Counted from the stretch's first letter, positions 1 through 10,487 are shown. The stretch is 64,000 bases of DNA from Longimicrobiales bacterium (GCA_965249725.1 CBDFMQ010000002.1:608001-672000), one strand, 5' to 3'. The notes: generated by a model not told the origin, from the letters alone. Made by a program: numbers and translations.

Positions 1-2631
1 GTGGAGTGGGAGCGTGATCTGGCGGTAGCCGAGGAGCGCAGAGGCTACGCTGAGCGCCGCTTGAGTCAAATCGGTAGTGACCGCGAGGCCTGGTCGAAGC
101 GCCTGGACGACGTCCGTGTCGAAACAACCGAACTGCAGGCAACGCACGACGGGCAGGAAGGAAACCTGCAGCGGGTACGGGACGATGCGAACCGACAAGC
201 GGAGGTTTCCGCGGCGGTTAAGGGTCGCCTGAAGGAAGCCCGCGAACAAATGGAGGAGGCGGAACACCGCGAGCGGGATCTGGTCCGCAAGGGCGCGCAA
301 CTGGAGGGTGACGCCGAAGCCGCCAAGGGTCAGGCGGCCGAGTTGGAGCGTCGAATTGAGCGCATTGCCGCGGAGCTGAGTGACGCGTCGAACGTGCTGA
401 CGGATCTGGAGTCGCAGGGCGATCTGTTCACGACCCGGCTGGATGGACTGGAGGCCTCGGTGGAGGCGGCCAGCGGGCGCCTCGTTGCGGCTCAAGAGGA
501 CTTGGGTGCTCACCGCAAAGCCCTCGAAGAGGCGAGGCGGCGCGAACTCGATGCCGCGCGCATCGTCCAGGGAGTGGAAGCCGAGATCGCTGCCTTAGAG
601 GCTATGGGCCTAAGGCATGAAGGGGTCGATCCCGCCATACAGGGCGTGCTCGCCCTGGAGGATTCGGGCGTCGTGGGATCCCTCCTGGACTTCATCGAGG
701 CTTCCAGCGAGGTCGCCGCCGCGGTGGAGACCTATCTGGGCCCGATCGCACAGGCTCTCGTGCTGAGGGACGGGGCCGCCGTAGACCGGATCGTCAACTG
801 GTTTGCCGACGAGTGGACGGAAGAGGGTGGTTTGGTGCTGCTTCCGCTCGATCGGGTACCTGGATCGTCAGGCGGGTCGCTCCTCAACGCCGTGAGTGCC
901 AAGGGAGAAGGCGCTCCGTGGGTCGAGGCGCTCCTCGGCGAAGTAGACCTGGTGGACACTCATGAGTCGGGGGGCACGAGTCCTGAGCGCCCGCGGCTTT
1001 CGGTTTCCGGCACGGTCAGCGATCCCCGCGGCTTCATCAAGGTCGGCCGACCGTCGGGTACCTCGGGTGTGCTCGAGCGAAGAGCTCGTGTGGAAGGGCT
1101 GCGCCAGACCCTGGACCAAACGGCTGCCAAGGCGGCCGGCGCGAAGCAGGTCGTGGCTAACGAAGAAGACGCCACGGAGTCGGCCGAGGGTGCCGTCGAG
1201 GCTGCTCGCGCGGTCTTCCTCGAAGCCGAGGATGAGCTGAGACAGACGAGCGCCGACATGGCGGCTCAAGTGGACCGCCGTGCGCGAGTCGACACCCACC
1301 GGGACGAGTTGGCCCGTCAGCTCGAGGGAGCCAAGGCGGCGGTGACCCGGGCTCAGGAGCGGGCCCAGACGGCGGGTGAGGACCGAGAAGGCCTCCTGGG
1401 CCAAGAGGGTGCCATTCGGGCCGAGCGAGAAACGGCGCGGACGGCCCTGGTGGGCGTGCAGGATGAATGGGAAGAGGCTCGTGGCGAAGAGTCCCGGCTT
1501 TCCGTCACACTGGCCCGCATGGAGGCGGAGGCCGAGCGAGTAGCTGAGCGCCTCGGGGATTTGGCTCGCGAGACCAAGACCGGCGAAGAGCGGCTCGGCG
1601 AGCTGGATGCTGAGGAAAAGGTCCTCAAAGAAGAGGTAGACACCGTCCAGAAGCTACAAGCGGATGGCAGCGTCGCAACCGAGCGCCTGTTCGCCGAGCG
1701 TGACGAAGCGGAGAAGCTGCTCGGAGAGCGGGCCAAGGTGCTGTCTGAGGTGGCCGAGGCTCTGGCCGAGGCGGACAAGGCGGCACGGTTGGCCCGGAGC
1801 GCCGAGCGCGAAGCGGTCGATCGGCGGCACCAGTTCGAGTTGGAGCGACAGGAGGTTTCGGGTCGCATCGGTCTCATTCAGGAGCGCCTCGAGGGAGAGT
1901 GGGGGCGTCCGCTTGAGCGCCTTCTCGAGGACGCCGAGCCGGTGGAGGGTGAGCCCGAGGCACTCAAGGAAGAACTCGAAGACATCGTGATCAAGCTCGA
2001 GCGCATTGGGTTCGTCAACATGCTCGCCGTCGAGGAACACGCCGAGGAGAGCAGCAGGCTCGAGTTCCTCAGCGAGCAGCGCGACGATCTCGTGGCGGCA
2101 CGGAACGATCTCAAGTCGGCCATACGGCAGATCAACGAAACCGCCATCGATCTCTTCGAGGGCACGTTCGAGAAGATCCGGGAGAACTTCCGCTCCACGT
2201 TCCAAAGGCTGTTCGAGGGCGGTGAGGCCGACATCTGGCTTGCCGACCCTGAAGACCCGCTGGAGTCGCCGATCGAGGTTCACGCCTCTCCGCGAGGGAA
2301 GAAGACCCAGAGAATCGACCTGCTGTCGGGTGGGGAGCGGGCTCTGACGGCGTTGTCTCTCCTCTTCGGGATCTACTTGGTCAAGCCGAGTCCGTTCTGC
2401 GTCCTCGACGAGGTCGATGCCCCGCTCGACGAGAACAACATCGGTCGCTTCATTCGCCTGCTCCAGGAGTTCAAGGAGCAGACGCAGTTCGTGATCATCA
2501 CGCACAATCCGCGGTCCATCGAGGCCGCTGATTGGATCTACGGAGTGACCATGGAGGAGCCCGGCGTCAGTACGGTCGTCGGTGTGCAACTCCAGGACGC
2601 CGTGCAGGTGGTGGGCGGCTCGGCGGCCTAG
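1..2631 (+). CDS. smc: Chromosome segregation protein SMC (5'-truncated by window edge)
   Basis: Long coiled coil, hinge-like segment, C-terminal ABC signature LSGGE and Walker B/D-loop LDEVDAPLD, ITH motif. Confidence 0.95.
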   Translation: MEWERDLAVAEERRGYAERRLSQIGSDREAWSKRLDDVRVETTELQATHDGQEGNLQRVRDDANRQAEVSAAVKGRLKEAREQMEEAEHRERDLVRKGAQLEGDAEAAKGQAAELERRIERIAAELSDASNVLTDLESQGDLFTTRLDGLEASVEAASGRLVAAQEDLGAHRKALEEARRRELDAARIVQGVEAEIAALEAMGLRHEGVDPAIQGVLALEDSGVVGSLLDFIEASSEVAAAVETYLGPIAQALVLRDGAAVDRIVNWFADEWTEEGGLVLLPLDRVPGSSGGSLLNAVSAKGEGAPWVEALLGEVDLVDTHESGGTSPERPRLSVSGTVSDPRGFIKVGRPSGTSGVLERRARVEGLRQTLDQTAAKAAGAKQVVANEEDATESAEGAVEAARAVFLEAEDELRQTSADMAAQVDRRARVDTHRDELARQLEGAKAAVTRAQERAQTAGEDREGLLGQEGAIRAERETARTALVGVQDEWEEARGEESRLSVTLARMEAEAERVAERLGDLARETKTGEERLGELDAEEKVLKEEVDTVQKLQADGSVATERLFAERDEAEKLLGERAKVLSEVAEALAEADKAARLARSAEREAVDRRHQFELERQEVSGRIGLIQERLEGEWGRPLERLLEDAEPVEGEPEALKEELEDIVIKLERIGFVNMLAVEEHAEESSRLEFLSEQRDDLVAARNDLKSAIRQINETAIDLFEGTFEKIRENFRSTFQRLFEGGEADIWLADPEDPLESPIEVHASPRGKKTQRIDLLSGGERALTALSLLFGIYLVKPSPFCVLDEVDAPLDENNIGRFIRLLQEFKEQTQFVIITHNPRSIEAADWIYGVTMEEPGVSTVVGVQLQDAVQVVGGSAA

Positions 2632-2655
2632 GCCGGCTCTTCAGCGAAAGCGGCC

Positions 2656-2745
2656 GAAGCACCCCGTCGAAGCACCCCCGTCGAAGCACCCCCGTTGGAG
2701 CACCCCCGTTGGAGCACCCTCGGTGAAGCGCCTCGGTTGGAGCAC
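2656..2745. repeat. Intergenic ~14-bp tandem repeat, about 6 degenerate copies, consensus near G(A/G)AGCACCCCCGT(C/T)
   Basis: Read directly: gaagcaccccgtc gaagcacccccgtc gaagcacccccgtt ggagcacccccgtt ggagcaccctcggt gaagcgcctcggtt ggagcac. Confidence 0.85.
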
Positions 2746-2844
2746 TAGCAGTCATCCCGTAGACTCCATCTGTTCCCTCCGGTAGACTTCTGTGCGTCGC
2801 ATAGCACCGTCTAACCCGTTGCACGCCAGAGATTTGAGAATCAC

Positions 2845-3873
2845 ATGCTCGTAGTGATGAAGCACAGCGCCTCCGCGACCGAGGTCGAGTGCGTTGTCGA
2901 AAAGATCGAAGCGATGGGGTACGAGGCGCGGTCCATGCCGGGTAAGCAGCGGACGACGGTCGGCCTCATGGGCAACGACGGGAGGGTCGACGCTGCGCGG
3001 ATCCAAGGACTGCCAGGAGTCTTGGAGATCATCCCCGTCACCAAGCCCTACAAGCAGGTCTCCCGAGAATGGCGTGACGCCGACACCATCGTCGAGGTCG
3101 CCGACGGCATCCGTTTCGGAGGGCCCGAGGTGCCGATCATCGCCGGTCCGTGTGCCGTAGAGAGCGAGGAGCAGATTCTCGGCATCGCCCGAGAGCTGAA
3201 GTGCATGGGGGCCAGCCTCCTACGCGGTGGTGCGTTCAAGCCGAGGACGTCTCCGTACTCTTGGCAAGGGTTGGGCGAGGACGGACTCAAGATGTTGGCT
3301 GGGGCTAAAGAGGCGACTGGACTAGCCATTGTCACCGAGGCTCTGGACCCGGACAGCGTCGATCTGGTGGCGGAGTATGCCGACGTCCTACAGATCGGGG
3401 CTCGCAACATGCAGAACTACCCGCTGCTGAGGCGGGCAGGGAAGTGCGGCAAGCCGGTCCTGCTGAAGCGGGGCATGTCCGCGACCATCAATGAACTGCT
3501 GCTTGCTGCCGAGTACCTTCTCGCGGAAGGAAACGAGGACGTCATCCTCTGTGAACGAGGGGTGCGGAGCTTCGACACTCAGACTCGCAACCTCCTCGAC
3601 CTCACCGCCGTCCCCGTCGTGAAGGCCCTCTCGCATCTGCCCATCATCGCTGACCCCAGCCATGGGACGGGGATCCGAGACAAGGTGATTCCGATGGCCC
3701 GGGCGTCGGTGGCCGCGGGTGCCGACGGCCTCATGGTCGAGGTGCATCCGGATCCTCCGGCAGCCTTGTCGGACGGAGCCCAGTCGCTGTATCCGAATCA
3801 GTTCGGCGAGCTCATGGAGCAGATTCGCGTCATCGCGAAGGCTATCGGCCGCTCGGTACGAGAGGCTTCCTGA
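2845..3873 (+). CDS. aroF: 3-deoxy-7-phosphoheptulonate (DAHP) synthase, type I-beta with N-terminal regulatory domain
   Basis: [37 protein letters not shown] motifs. Confidence 0.93.
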   Translation: MLVVMKHSASATEVECVVEKIEAMGYEARSMPGKQRTTVGLMGNDGRVDAARIQGLPGVLEIIPVTKPYKQVSREWRDADTIVEVADGIRFGGPEVPIIAGPCAVESEEQILGIARELKCMGASLLRGGAFKPRTSPYSWQGLGEDGLKMLAGAKEATGLAIVTEALDPDSVDLVAEYADVLQIGARNMQNYPLLRRAGKCGKPVLLKRGMSATINELLLAAEYLLAEGNEDVILCERGVRSFDTQTRNLLDLTAVPVVKALSHLPIIADPSHGTGIRDKVIPMARASVAAGADGLMVEVHPDPPAALSDGAQSLYPNQFGELMEQIRVIAKAIGRSVREAS

Positions 3874-3999
3874 CCATGGGTACGCCCGACTCCGGGCGCC
3901 ATCGTAGGCATCGGGACTCCTCGCCCGGCAGTGGGCATGCGGCCTCCCTGCTCAACAGGAGACATCCGGATCCTCGGCCTTTCAACCCTGTTGCGAACG

Positions 4000-4359
4000 A
4001 TGAATACGGTGGATCGTGGGCGCCACTTCGAGGATCTCGCCGAGGCCCATCTAGTGGATCGCGGTTGGAGGGTCCTGGATCGGAATATCCGCTTCATGCG
4101 CAAGGAGATCGACCTCGTCGTGATCAAGGACGGGGTCGTGGCGTTCGTGGAGGTGAAGGGACGGGGTGGCTTACAGTTCGGCCATCCCCTCGAGGCCATC
4201 CCCTGGCGTAAGCGTCGGGCCATCTCGGTGGCGGCGCGAATGTGGATGGCGCGCAGTCGGATTCGGGCGTGCTCCTACCGTTTCGACGCCGTTTGGGTGT
4301 GCTCGAAGGAATCCGGCACCGTCGAGATCGAGCACGTCGAGGGTGCTTGGACAGAATGA
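4000..4359 (+). CDS. yraN: YraN family PD-(D/E)XK endonuclease-like protein
   Basis: G..FEDLAEAHL..GWRVLDRN...EIDLV...FVEVK...RFDAV; ATG 4000 chosen over GTG 3931. Confidence 0.88.
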   Translation: MNTVDRGRHFEDLAEAHLVDRGWRVLDRNIRFMRKEIDLVVIKDGVVAFVEVKGRGGLQFGHPLEAIPWRKRRAISVAARMWMARSRIRACSYRFDAVWVCSKESGTVEIEHVEGAWTE

Positions 4360-4411
4360 GCTGAAAGCGGCGAAAACCCGCGTGTTTCCTGCTTTCTCGC
4401 TCTGCCCGCCG

Positions 4412-4440
4412 TTGACGCTCCCTTCGGCGCGGTCTAACTT
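4412..4440 (+). promoter_or_regulatory. Sigma-70-type promoter for the SRP RNA
   Basis: TTGACG (4412-4417), 17-nt spacer, TAACTT (4435-4440), 5 nt upstream of the SRP RNA helix. Confidence 0.7.
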
Positions 4441-4445
4441 TCGCA

Positions 4446-4543
4446 TGTCCCAGGTCCGTAGGGCGAAAGCCCACGAACTCCGTCAGGACCTTGCCGGTAG
4501 CAGCGGTAAGTGTGGTGATCGTTGCTGCGGGTCGCCTGGGGCA
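4446..4543 (+). ncRNA. ffs: Small bacterial SRP RNA (4.5S) with atypical apical loop
   Basis: Long hairpin (tgtcccagg/cctggggca, tccgtag/ctgcggg, ccac/gtgg) with domain IV CAGG-ACC...GGT-AGCAG; followed by a T run; canonical ffs-dnaX-ybaB-recR context. Confidence 0.88.
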
Positions 4544-4615
4544 CTTTTTTTTCTAGTGCGGCCCCTCTGCTGCACCAGCTCGGCTCTCGAAGCGTACTCC
4601 TGAAGCGTACTGCTT

Positions 4616-6454
4616 GTGTCCCACACAGCTCTGGCCAGAAAGTATCGCCCACGGCGATTCGCCGAAGTGACGACTCAGGAGCACGTCTCTGAGACCCTGT
4701 GTCGCGCAGTCGCGGACGCCAGAGTCGGCCACGCCTACCTTTTCTGTGGCCCGCGCGGTGTGGGCAAGACGACCCTGGCTCGGGTTCTCGCGATGGCTCT
4801 CAACTGTGCCGACCGAGACGACTCGGGTGAGCCATGCGGCGACTGTGACAGCTGCTCGCGGATTTGGGGTGGTCAGACCGCCCTCGACGTGGTCGAAATC
4901 GACGCCGCGTCCAACCGAGGAGTAGACGATGCCCGTTCACTGAGAGAGCGGGCCATGTACGCTCCCTCACAAGAGGGTCGATACAAGGTCTACATCGTGG
5001 ACGAGGCGCACATGCTCACACGAGAAGCATGGAACGCCTTGCTGAAGATCCTGGAAGAGCCGCCCCCGCGGGTGATCTTCGTCTTCGCCACGACCGAGCC
5101 GCAGAAGATCCAACAGACGGCGGCGCCAATCCTGTCGCGGTGCCAGCGGTTCGACTTCCGGCGTATTGGCGTGGCGGACATCATGGCGCGCCTCTCGATC
5201 GTACTCGCAGGTGAGGGATCCACGGCTCCGGATGACGCTCTCCGGACGATCGCGCGTAAGGCAGACGGAGGCATGCGAGACGCGCTGTCGCTCCTCGATC
5301 AGGTCATCGCGCTGACGGGAGGAGAGGTCACTCAGGAGTCGGTCAGGCGGGTGCTCGGGCTGGTCGAGACGGAGCGCTACCTCGAGTTCATGGATATCCT
5401 GGCCAGCCGGCAGCACGGCGAGGTCTTCGCGTTCGTGGAGCGCCTGCTCGACGAGGGCTACGACCTGGTCGAGTTCTACCATGGCCTCGTAGATGCGCTG
5501 AGGTCCCTTCTCAGGCTCTCCCTCGGGGGCGATCCGCCCGACTTGGTCGGGGAGATCCGAAAGGCCTTCGAGGCACGGCTCGCACCGTTCCAGGCCGCCG
5601 ATCTCGTTCGCATGCTTTCGCTGGCGTCGGAGCTCGAGAGTTCCGGCAGCCTCAGGCGAAGCGCGAATCCACAGGTCTTGCTGGAGATGCTTCTCCTGAG
5701 GCTCAGCTATGTCGATCGCACGGTCTCGCTCGAGGAGTTGCTGAACAGTCTCGGTGGTACGTCGCCCAGCTCCGACTCGGATGTCGAAGTGCCGGCCGGC
5801 GGCGAGGGTGGCGCACCGGGTGGGTCCGCATCAACACCTTCGGACCCCGCATCGGCGGGAGCATCCACCCTCGAGCTCGACGTTCAGGAGTCAACCACGG
5901 AAAGCGGGGGCGCCCCTGACGCCTCAACGGCGCCGGATCTCGACAGCGAGGAGGCGGGGCCCACGGAGGATGACGTGGCCGGCACGGACGATCGCTCCGA
6001 CCCCGGCACAGCGGCCACCCGAGATGACTCGGATGCCATCGAGCAGGTACCGCTCGTGAAGGACCCGATCGATGACCCGATCGATGACCCGACGGATGCC
6101 TGGGCCCAACTGATGCAGGAGGGACGAGGGCTCCCTCCCGGCATGGGGCCCTTCCTGAAGGCGGCCGTCGTGGAGCTGGGCGAAGACGGGGCACTAGTCG
6201 TGGGTCTACCGGAGGGGCCGGGGCTGGAGCGCTTGAGGGAGGCGACGGAGTTGAGGATGATTCAGAACGCTCTGGAGACCCTCATGGGTGGGCGCCCTGA
6301 GATCGTCGTACGCGCGACGGGTGGCACGTCCTCAGAGAAAATGGAGCGCATCACACCCGAGACGGTGCGTGGTGACCGGCTCCGCGAGCTCATCCAGCGG
6401 GAACCGCTTCTCCAGCACGCGGTAGAAGAACTCGACCTGGAGTTACTGGATTGA
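4616..6454 (+). CDS. dnaX: DNA polymerase III subunit gamma/tau
   Basis: ARKYRP, GPRGVGKTT Walker A, Cys4 Zn site, EIDAAS, DEAHML, SRC, G.MRDA. Confidence 0.96.
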   Translation: MSHTALARKYRPRRFAEVTTQEHVSETLCRAVADARVGHAYLFCGPRGVGKTTLARVLAMALNCADRDDSGEPCGDCDSCSRIWGGQTALDVVEIDAASNRGVDDARSLRERAMYAPSQEGRYKVYIVDEAHMLTREAWNALLKILEEPPPRVIFVFATTEPQKIQQTAAPILSRCQRFDFRRIGVADIMARLSIVLAGEGSTAPDDALRTIARKADGGMRDALSLLDQVIALTGGEVTQESVRRVLGLVETERYLEFMDILASRQHGEVFAFVERLLDEGYDLVEFYHGLVDALRSLLRLSLGGDPPDLVGEIRKAFEARLAPFQAADLVRMLSLASELESSGSLRRSANPQVLLEMLLLRLSYVDRTVSLEELLNSLGGTSPSSDSDVEVPAGGEGGAPGGSASTPSDPASAGASTLELDVQESTTESGGAPDASTAPDLDSEEAGPTEDDVAGTDDRSDPGTAATRDDSDAIEQVPLVKDPIDDPIDDPTDAWAQLMQEGRGLPPGMGPFLKAAVVELGEDGALVVGLPEGPGLERLREATELRMIQNALETLMGGRPEIVVRATGGTSSEKMERITPETVRGDRLRELIQREPLLQHAVEELDLELLD

Positions 6455-6485
6455 TGGCAACGTGTTGCAGGGCAAGGACTTGACG

Positions 6486-6803
6486 ATGACGGATCTTCAG
6501 AAGCTCATGCAGATGGGCCAGCAACTCCAGGAACGGATGACCAAGCTGCAGGCGGAGCTGTCGGCGCGGGAGATCTCCGCTTCGTCCGGAGGGGGAATGG
6601 TGACGGCCACGGTGGACGGCAAGGGTACGGTTTCTCGGATTGCCATCGATCCCACGGTCGTGGACCCTGGGGACGTCGAGATGTTAGAGGATCTGGTCCT
6701 CGCGGCCGTAGCCGAAGCCCAGAGCAAGGCGCAGAGCGAGTACGAAGAAGAGATGCGTAAGGCGGCGGGGGGTATGCCCATCCAGCTTCCGGGCCTGTTC
6801 TAA
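6486..6803 (+). CDS. ybaB: YbaB/EbfC nucleoid-associated protein
   Basis: SGGGMVTATVDG, DVEMLEDLVLAAV; lies between dnaX and recR. Confidence 0.92.
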   Translation: MTDLQKLMQMGQQLQERMTKLQAELSAREISASSGGGMVTATVDGKGTVSRIAIDPTVVDPGDVEMLEDLVLAAVAEAQSKAQSEYEEEMRKAAGGMPIQLPGLF

Positions 6804-6894
6804 CCACTGTGGCTTTTGTTCGACCTGTCCGGCCTCCCGAAGGGACAGCCGGCGCTCCCATCGCGACCTCCGATACTTCTTCGTCAGGCTTCTA

Positions 6895-7488
6895 GTGTCG
6901 GTCATACAGCAGCTCACCTCCGAGTTCTCACGACTCCCGGGCGTCGGCCCGAAAACGGCGCAGCGACTCGTATACCATCTCCTGAAACGTCCTCGCGAAG
7001 AGGCGATCAGGCTCGCCGCCGCGATTCGCGAGGTAGCCGAGCGCGTGCGTCCGTGCGTTATGTGTGGGAATTTCAGTGAACGTGAACTGTGCGAGATTTG
7101 CAGCGACCCGAGACGGGACGGCACGGTGCTCTGTGTTGTCGAGGAGGCCTTCGAGGCCGGGGCCATCGAGCGTGCGGGCGAGTACAAGGGCCTGTATCAC
7201 GTGCTCGGTGGACGGCTGTCGCCCCTGGACGGGATCGGACCCGAGGAACTGTCGCTGGCACCGCTCCTGGATCGAATCAAGGGCTCGGATGGTACGGTCG
7301 AGGAGGTTATCGTAGCGACGAATTCGAGTGTCGAGGGCGAGGCTACCGCGGTCTACCTCGAAGGTCTGATTCGAACGATGGGGCCGCGTGTGACGCGCTT
7401 GGCGAGGGGCATTCCGGTCGGGAGTGACTTGGAGTATGTCGATGGCTCGACCATCGTTGAGGCTCTGACCGGTCGACGGGAGATGTAA
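6895..7488 (+). CDS. recR: Recombination mediator RecR
   Basis: LPGVGPKTAQR HhH, C4 Zn finger, YHVLGG.LSPLDGIGPE, TOPRIM EGEATA. Confidence 0.97.
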   Translation: MSVIQQLTSEFSRLPGVGPKTAQRLVYHLLKRPREEAIRLAAAIREVAERVRPCVMCGNFSERELCEICSDPRRDGTVLCVVEEAFEAGAIERAGEYKGLYHVLGGRLSPLDGIGPEELSLAPLLDRIKGSDGTVEEVIVATNSSVEGEATAVYLEGLIRTMGPRVTRLARGIPVGSDLEYVDGSTIVEALTGRREM

Positions 7489-7492
7489 GGGG

Positions 7493-7795
7493 ATGGACAA
7501 ACGCCTCAAGAACACGGGATTCGCGGTGCTTGCCGCAGCGGCGGCAGGTGCCGTGGCTGCTCTAGTGATCCGCGATCAGATCCAACGGCACAGCCGGGAC
7601 CTCTTCAGTCCTTCCTTTCTCCGTCGTCTGGCCGCTCTCGGGTTCATGGCGAAGGCGGAGGCGTCCGTCGATCACATCAACCTCTTGAAGGACTTCGTAG
7701 CGTGGGAGCCCAGGCTTACCCTACGGCGTAGGGCGGAGGCGATCATCGGACGAATGGAGGAGGATGCCATGCGTGGCGTTCTCCCGGCCGGGTAG
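7493..7795 (+). CDS. Hypothetical protein with N-terminal membrane anchor
   Basis: ORF 4 nt after recR, hydrophobic N-terminal helix, host-like codon usage. Confidence 0.7.
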   Translation: MDKRLKNTGFAVLAAAAAGAVAALVIRDQIQRHSRDLFSPSFLRRLAALGFMAKAEASVDHINLLKDFVAWEPRLTLRRRAEAIIGRMEEDAMRGVLPAG

Positions 7796-7981
7796 TTGCT
7801 CATCCTGTCCACGTACCCGACCTTTACGCGTCCCTTTCCTCGAAAGGGTGAATGCCTCATCTTCGTCGCCGTCCTGGACGATATCACATCCCATCTGGCT
7901 CCCTGTGCGGGGGCCGAGACCACGGGGGACCGCTTGGCGGGATTGATCGATTCACACCACCGGAAACGAGCGTAGCCGATC

Positions 7982-8560
7982 ATGTCGATGATCAACTACG
8001 CGAGCCGGGAGATCAATTGCAAGATTGTCTATTACGGCACCGGACTCGGTGGAAAGACGACGAATCTCGAGTATGTGTACTCCCGGGTGAATCCGGACGC
8101 GAAGGGAAAGATGATCTCCCTCGCCACCGAGACGGAGCGGACACTCTTCTTCGACTTTCTCCCGATCGACTTGGGAGAGGTGAAGGGCTTCAAGACTCGC
8201 TTCCACCTGTACACGGTGCCCGGTCAGGTCTACTACAACGCCAGCCGCAAGCTCATTCTCAAGGGAGTGGACGGCGTCATCTTCGTCGCGGACTCGCAGC
8301 GGGAACGCATGGAGGCCAACATCGAGGCCATGCACAACCTCTACGAGAACCTCGAGTCGTACGGGTACGATCTCACCAAGATCCCGTTCGCTGTTCAATA
8401 CAACAAACGGGACCTTTCCAACGCCATGGAAGTGGAGGAGCTACGCTCCCAACTCAACCCTGGAAACGTTTCAGATTTCGAGGGCGTGGCTATTGAGGGT
8501 AAGGGAGTCTTCGAGACTCTAGGTGCCGTCAGCAAACTGGTGGTTCAGACCCTGAGCTGA
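7982..8560 (+). CDS. mglA: MglA-family small Ras-like GTPase
   Basis: [44 protein letters not shown]. Confidence 0.95.
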   Translation: MSMINYASREINCKIVYYGTGLGGKTTNLEYVYSRVNPDAKGKMISLATETERTLFFDFLPIDLGEVKGFKTRFHLYTVPGQVYYNASRKLILKGVDGVIFVADSQRERMEANIEAMHNLYENLESYGYDLTKIPFAVQYNKRDLSNAMEVEELRSQLNPGNVSDFEGVAIEGKGVFETLGAVSKLVVQTLS

Positions 8561-8567
8561 GGCGACC

Positions 8568-9209
8568 ATGGCCCGGAGTCGCAACCTTCCCAACCTCATC
8601 ACGATCGGAAGGATTCTGGCGTGCCCCGCGATATTCGCGATGGCCATGTCGTCGTCCGTGGGTGCGCGTTACGGCGCGTTCGTCCTCTTCCTGATCGCTG
8701 CACTCTCCGATCTGTGGGATGGCTACCTGGCGCGCAAGCACGGTTGGATTACCGATGTCGGCAAGCTCCTGGATCCGCTCGCGGACAAGCTGTTGCTCCT
8801 CTCCACCTTCGTGCCGTTCTATCTGATTTCTCACCGGGGTGGCGAGGAGTGGTTCGTTCCGTGGTGGGGCATGCTCCCGATGTGGGTCATGATCGTCATC
8901 TTGGGCCGCGAGCTTCTGGTGACGGTCTTCCGCCAGTGGGCTGCTCGGCGGGATGTCGTCATCGCTGCCGGCCGGTCGGGCAAGTACAAGGCGTTCATTC
9001 AGAACCTCTTCTCCGGCGGTCTCCTGCTGTGGTATCCGCTGCGGGAGAGCGCGCAGGGCTGGGGGTGGGACGGTCTTCCGTGGGGGATCTGGACGTGGCT
9101 CCACTCGGCCTGGATCGGTGTCACACTCGGCTTTGCCCTGCTGCTCACCGTCTATTCCATGTTCGACTATTTCTGGAGCTATCGGTCGCTGATCGGGGTG
9201 CGGAGCTGA
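8568..9209 (+). CDS. pgsA: CDP-alcohol phosphatidyltransferase (PgsA-like)
   Basis: NLPNLIT..R, D..DG.LARK...GKLLDPLADK motif. Confidence 0.85.
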   Translation: MARSRNLPNLITIGRILACPAIFAMAMSSSVGARYGAFVLFLIAALSDLWDGYLARKHGWITDVGKLLDPLADKLLLLSTFVPFYLISHRGGEEWFVPWWGMLPMWVMIVILGRELLVTVFRQWAARRDVVIAAGRSGKYKAFIQNLFSGGLLLWYPLRESAQGWGWDGLPWGIWTWLHSAWIGVTLGFALLLTVYSMFDYFWSYRSLIGVRS

Positions 9210-9215
9210 CCACCG

Positions 9216-10487
9216 GTGAGTGACGGGAGTGCGCTTCACGCCGTCGTTGTCACGGTCGGCGAGGAACTGCTCTCGGGTGAAACGGTCGAGACCAACGGTT
9301 CATGGCTCAGCCAGCAGCTGGCCGCCTTGGGAGTGCCGGTCACCAAGAGGCTCGTTGTTGGTGACGACCCGGATGCCATTCAGGCTGCCGTTTCCGCAGG
9401 ACTCCGGCTGGCGCAGCTGGTCATCGTCACGGGCGGGCTCGGCCCGACGAACGACGATCTCACCCGGCCGGCAGTAGCGGACCTCTTGGGGCTCGAGCTC
9501 GAACTGGATCAGGGAATTTTGGACGACCTGCGGGAGCGGTTTCGCAGTCGCGGCCTCACAGATCTCCCCCCGAGCAACATCGTGCAGGCTCAGGTGCCCC
9601 ACGGCGCGACCGCGCTTACCAACACCCGGGGGAGTGCACCGGGCCTGTGGATCGAGAGTGATCAACGGGTGGTCGTGCTCACGCCGGGTGTTCCACGCGA
9701 GATTTACGAGATGTACGAGGGGGAGATCGTGGGTCGGCTGAGGGACCACTTCGGATCACGCCTCACGCCCCTCGCCCATCGGATGTTCCACACCACCGGC
9801 ATCTCGGAGTCCCTCCTGGGGGAGCGTCTGGATGAGGTCGGCTCTGACCTACCGGGTGAGGTCACGCTGGCCTCCCTCCCGTATCTGGGAGGGGTTTCGA
9901 TACGAATCTCCACGGCGTCGGGCGACGCCGAGGAGGCCCAGATGCGCCTCGATGAGGCGGAACGGACCCTGAGTCCGATTCTGGCGCCCTACCGGTTCGA
10001 GGCGGAGTCAGGGGACCTGGTCGAGGCGGTCGCGGAGGAACTTAGTCGACGCGGTTTGACGCTGTCGGTGGCCGAGAGTTGTACGGGTGGTCTGATGGCC
10101 AAGCGGCTCACGGACCGCCCCGGATCGTCCACGTACCTGCGTGGAGGGGTTGTAGCATACGACAACGAGATCAAGAGCGAGGTGCTGGGGCTGGACGAAT
10201 CGGTCTTCGAGAGTGAGGGAGCTGTTTCGGAGGCCGTAGCAGGCGCTATGGCGCGGGGTGTGGCCGAGCGGATGAGAGCCGATGTCGGCGTGGGGATCAC
10301 GGGGGTTGCGGGGCCCGAAGGGGGCACGGACAAGACGCCCGTGGGAACGGTATGGTACGCCGTCTTCTTCGAGGATCGGGTCGTGGCGTCTCACAGGGTG
10401 TTTCCTGGGGATCGGGAAGCCGTCCGAGAACGAGCGGCTCAGGCCACCCTTCACCTGCTTCTCAAGACGATAACGGGCGTCCGTTGA
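9216..10487 (+). CDS. cinA: CinA family nicotinamide-nucleotide amidohydrolase (MoCF domain + PncC domain)
   Basis: VGEELLSG, TGGLGPT.DDLT, AESCTGG, ITGVAGP. Confidence 0.94.
   Translation: MSDGSALHAVVVTVGEELLSGETVETNGSWLSQQLAALGVPVTKRLVVGDDPDAIQAAVSAGLRLAQLVIVTGGLGPTNDDLTRPAVADLLGLELELDQGILDDLRERFRSRGLTDLPPSNIVQAQVPHGATALTNTRGSAPGLWIESDQRVVVLTPGVPREIYEMYEGEIVGRLRDHFGSRLTPLAHRMFHTTGISESLLGERLDEVGSDLPGEVTLASLPYLGGVSIRISTASGDAEEAQMRLDEAERTLSPILAPYRFEAESGDLVEAVAEELSRRGLTLSVAESCTGGLMAKRLTDRPGSSTYLRGGVVAYDNEIKSEVLGLDESVFESEGAVSEAVAGAMARGVAERMRADVGVGITGVAGPEGGTDKTPVGTVWYAVFFEDRVVASHRVFPGDREAVRERAAQATLHLLLKTITGVR

Noticed and set aside
5750..6100. Programmed frameshift or extra domain in dnaX
   Set aside because: No A-rich slippery site seen; this is an ordinary acidic low-complexity linker.
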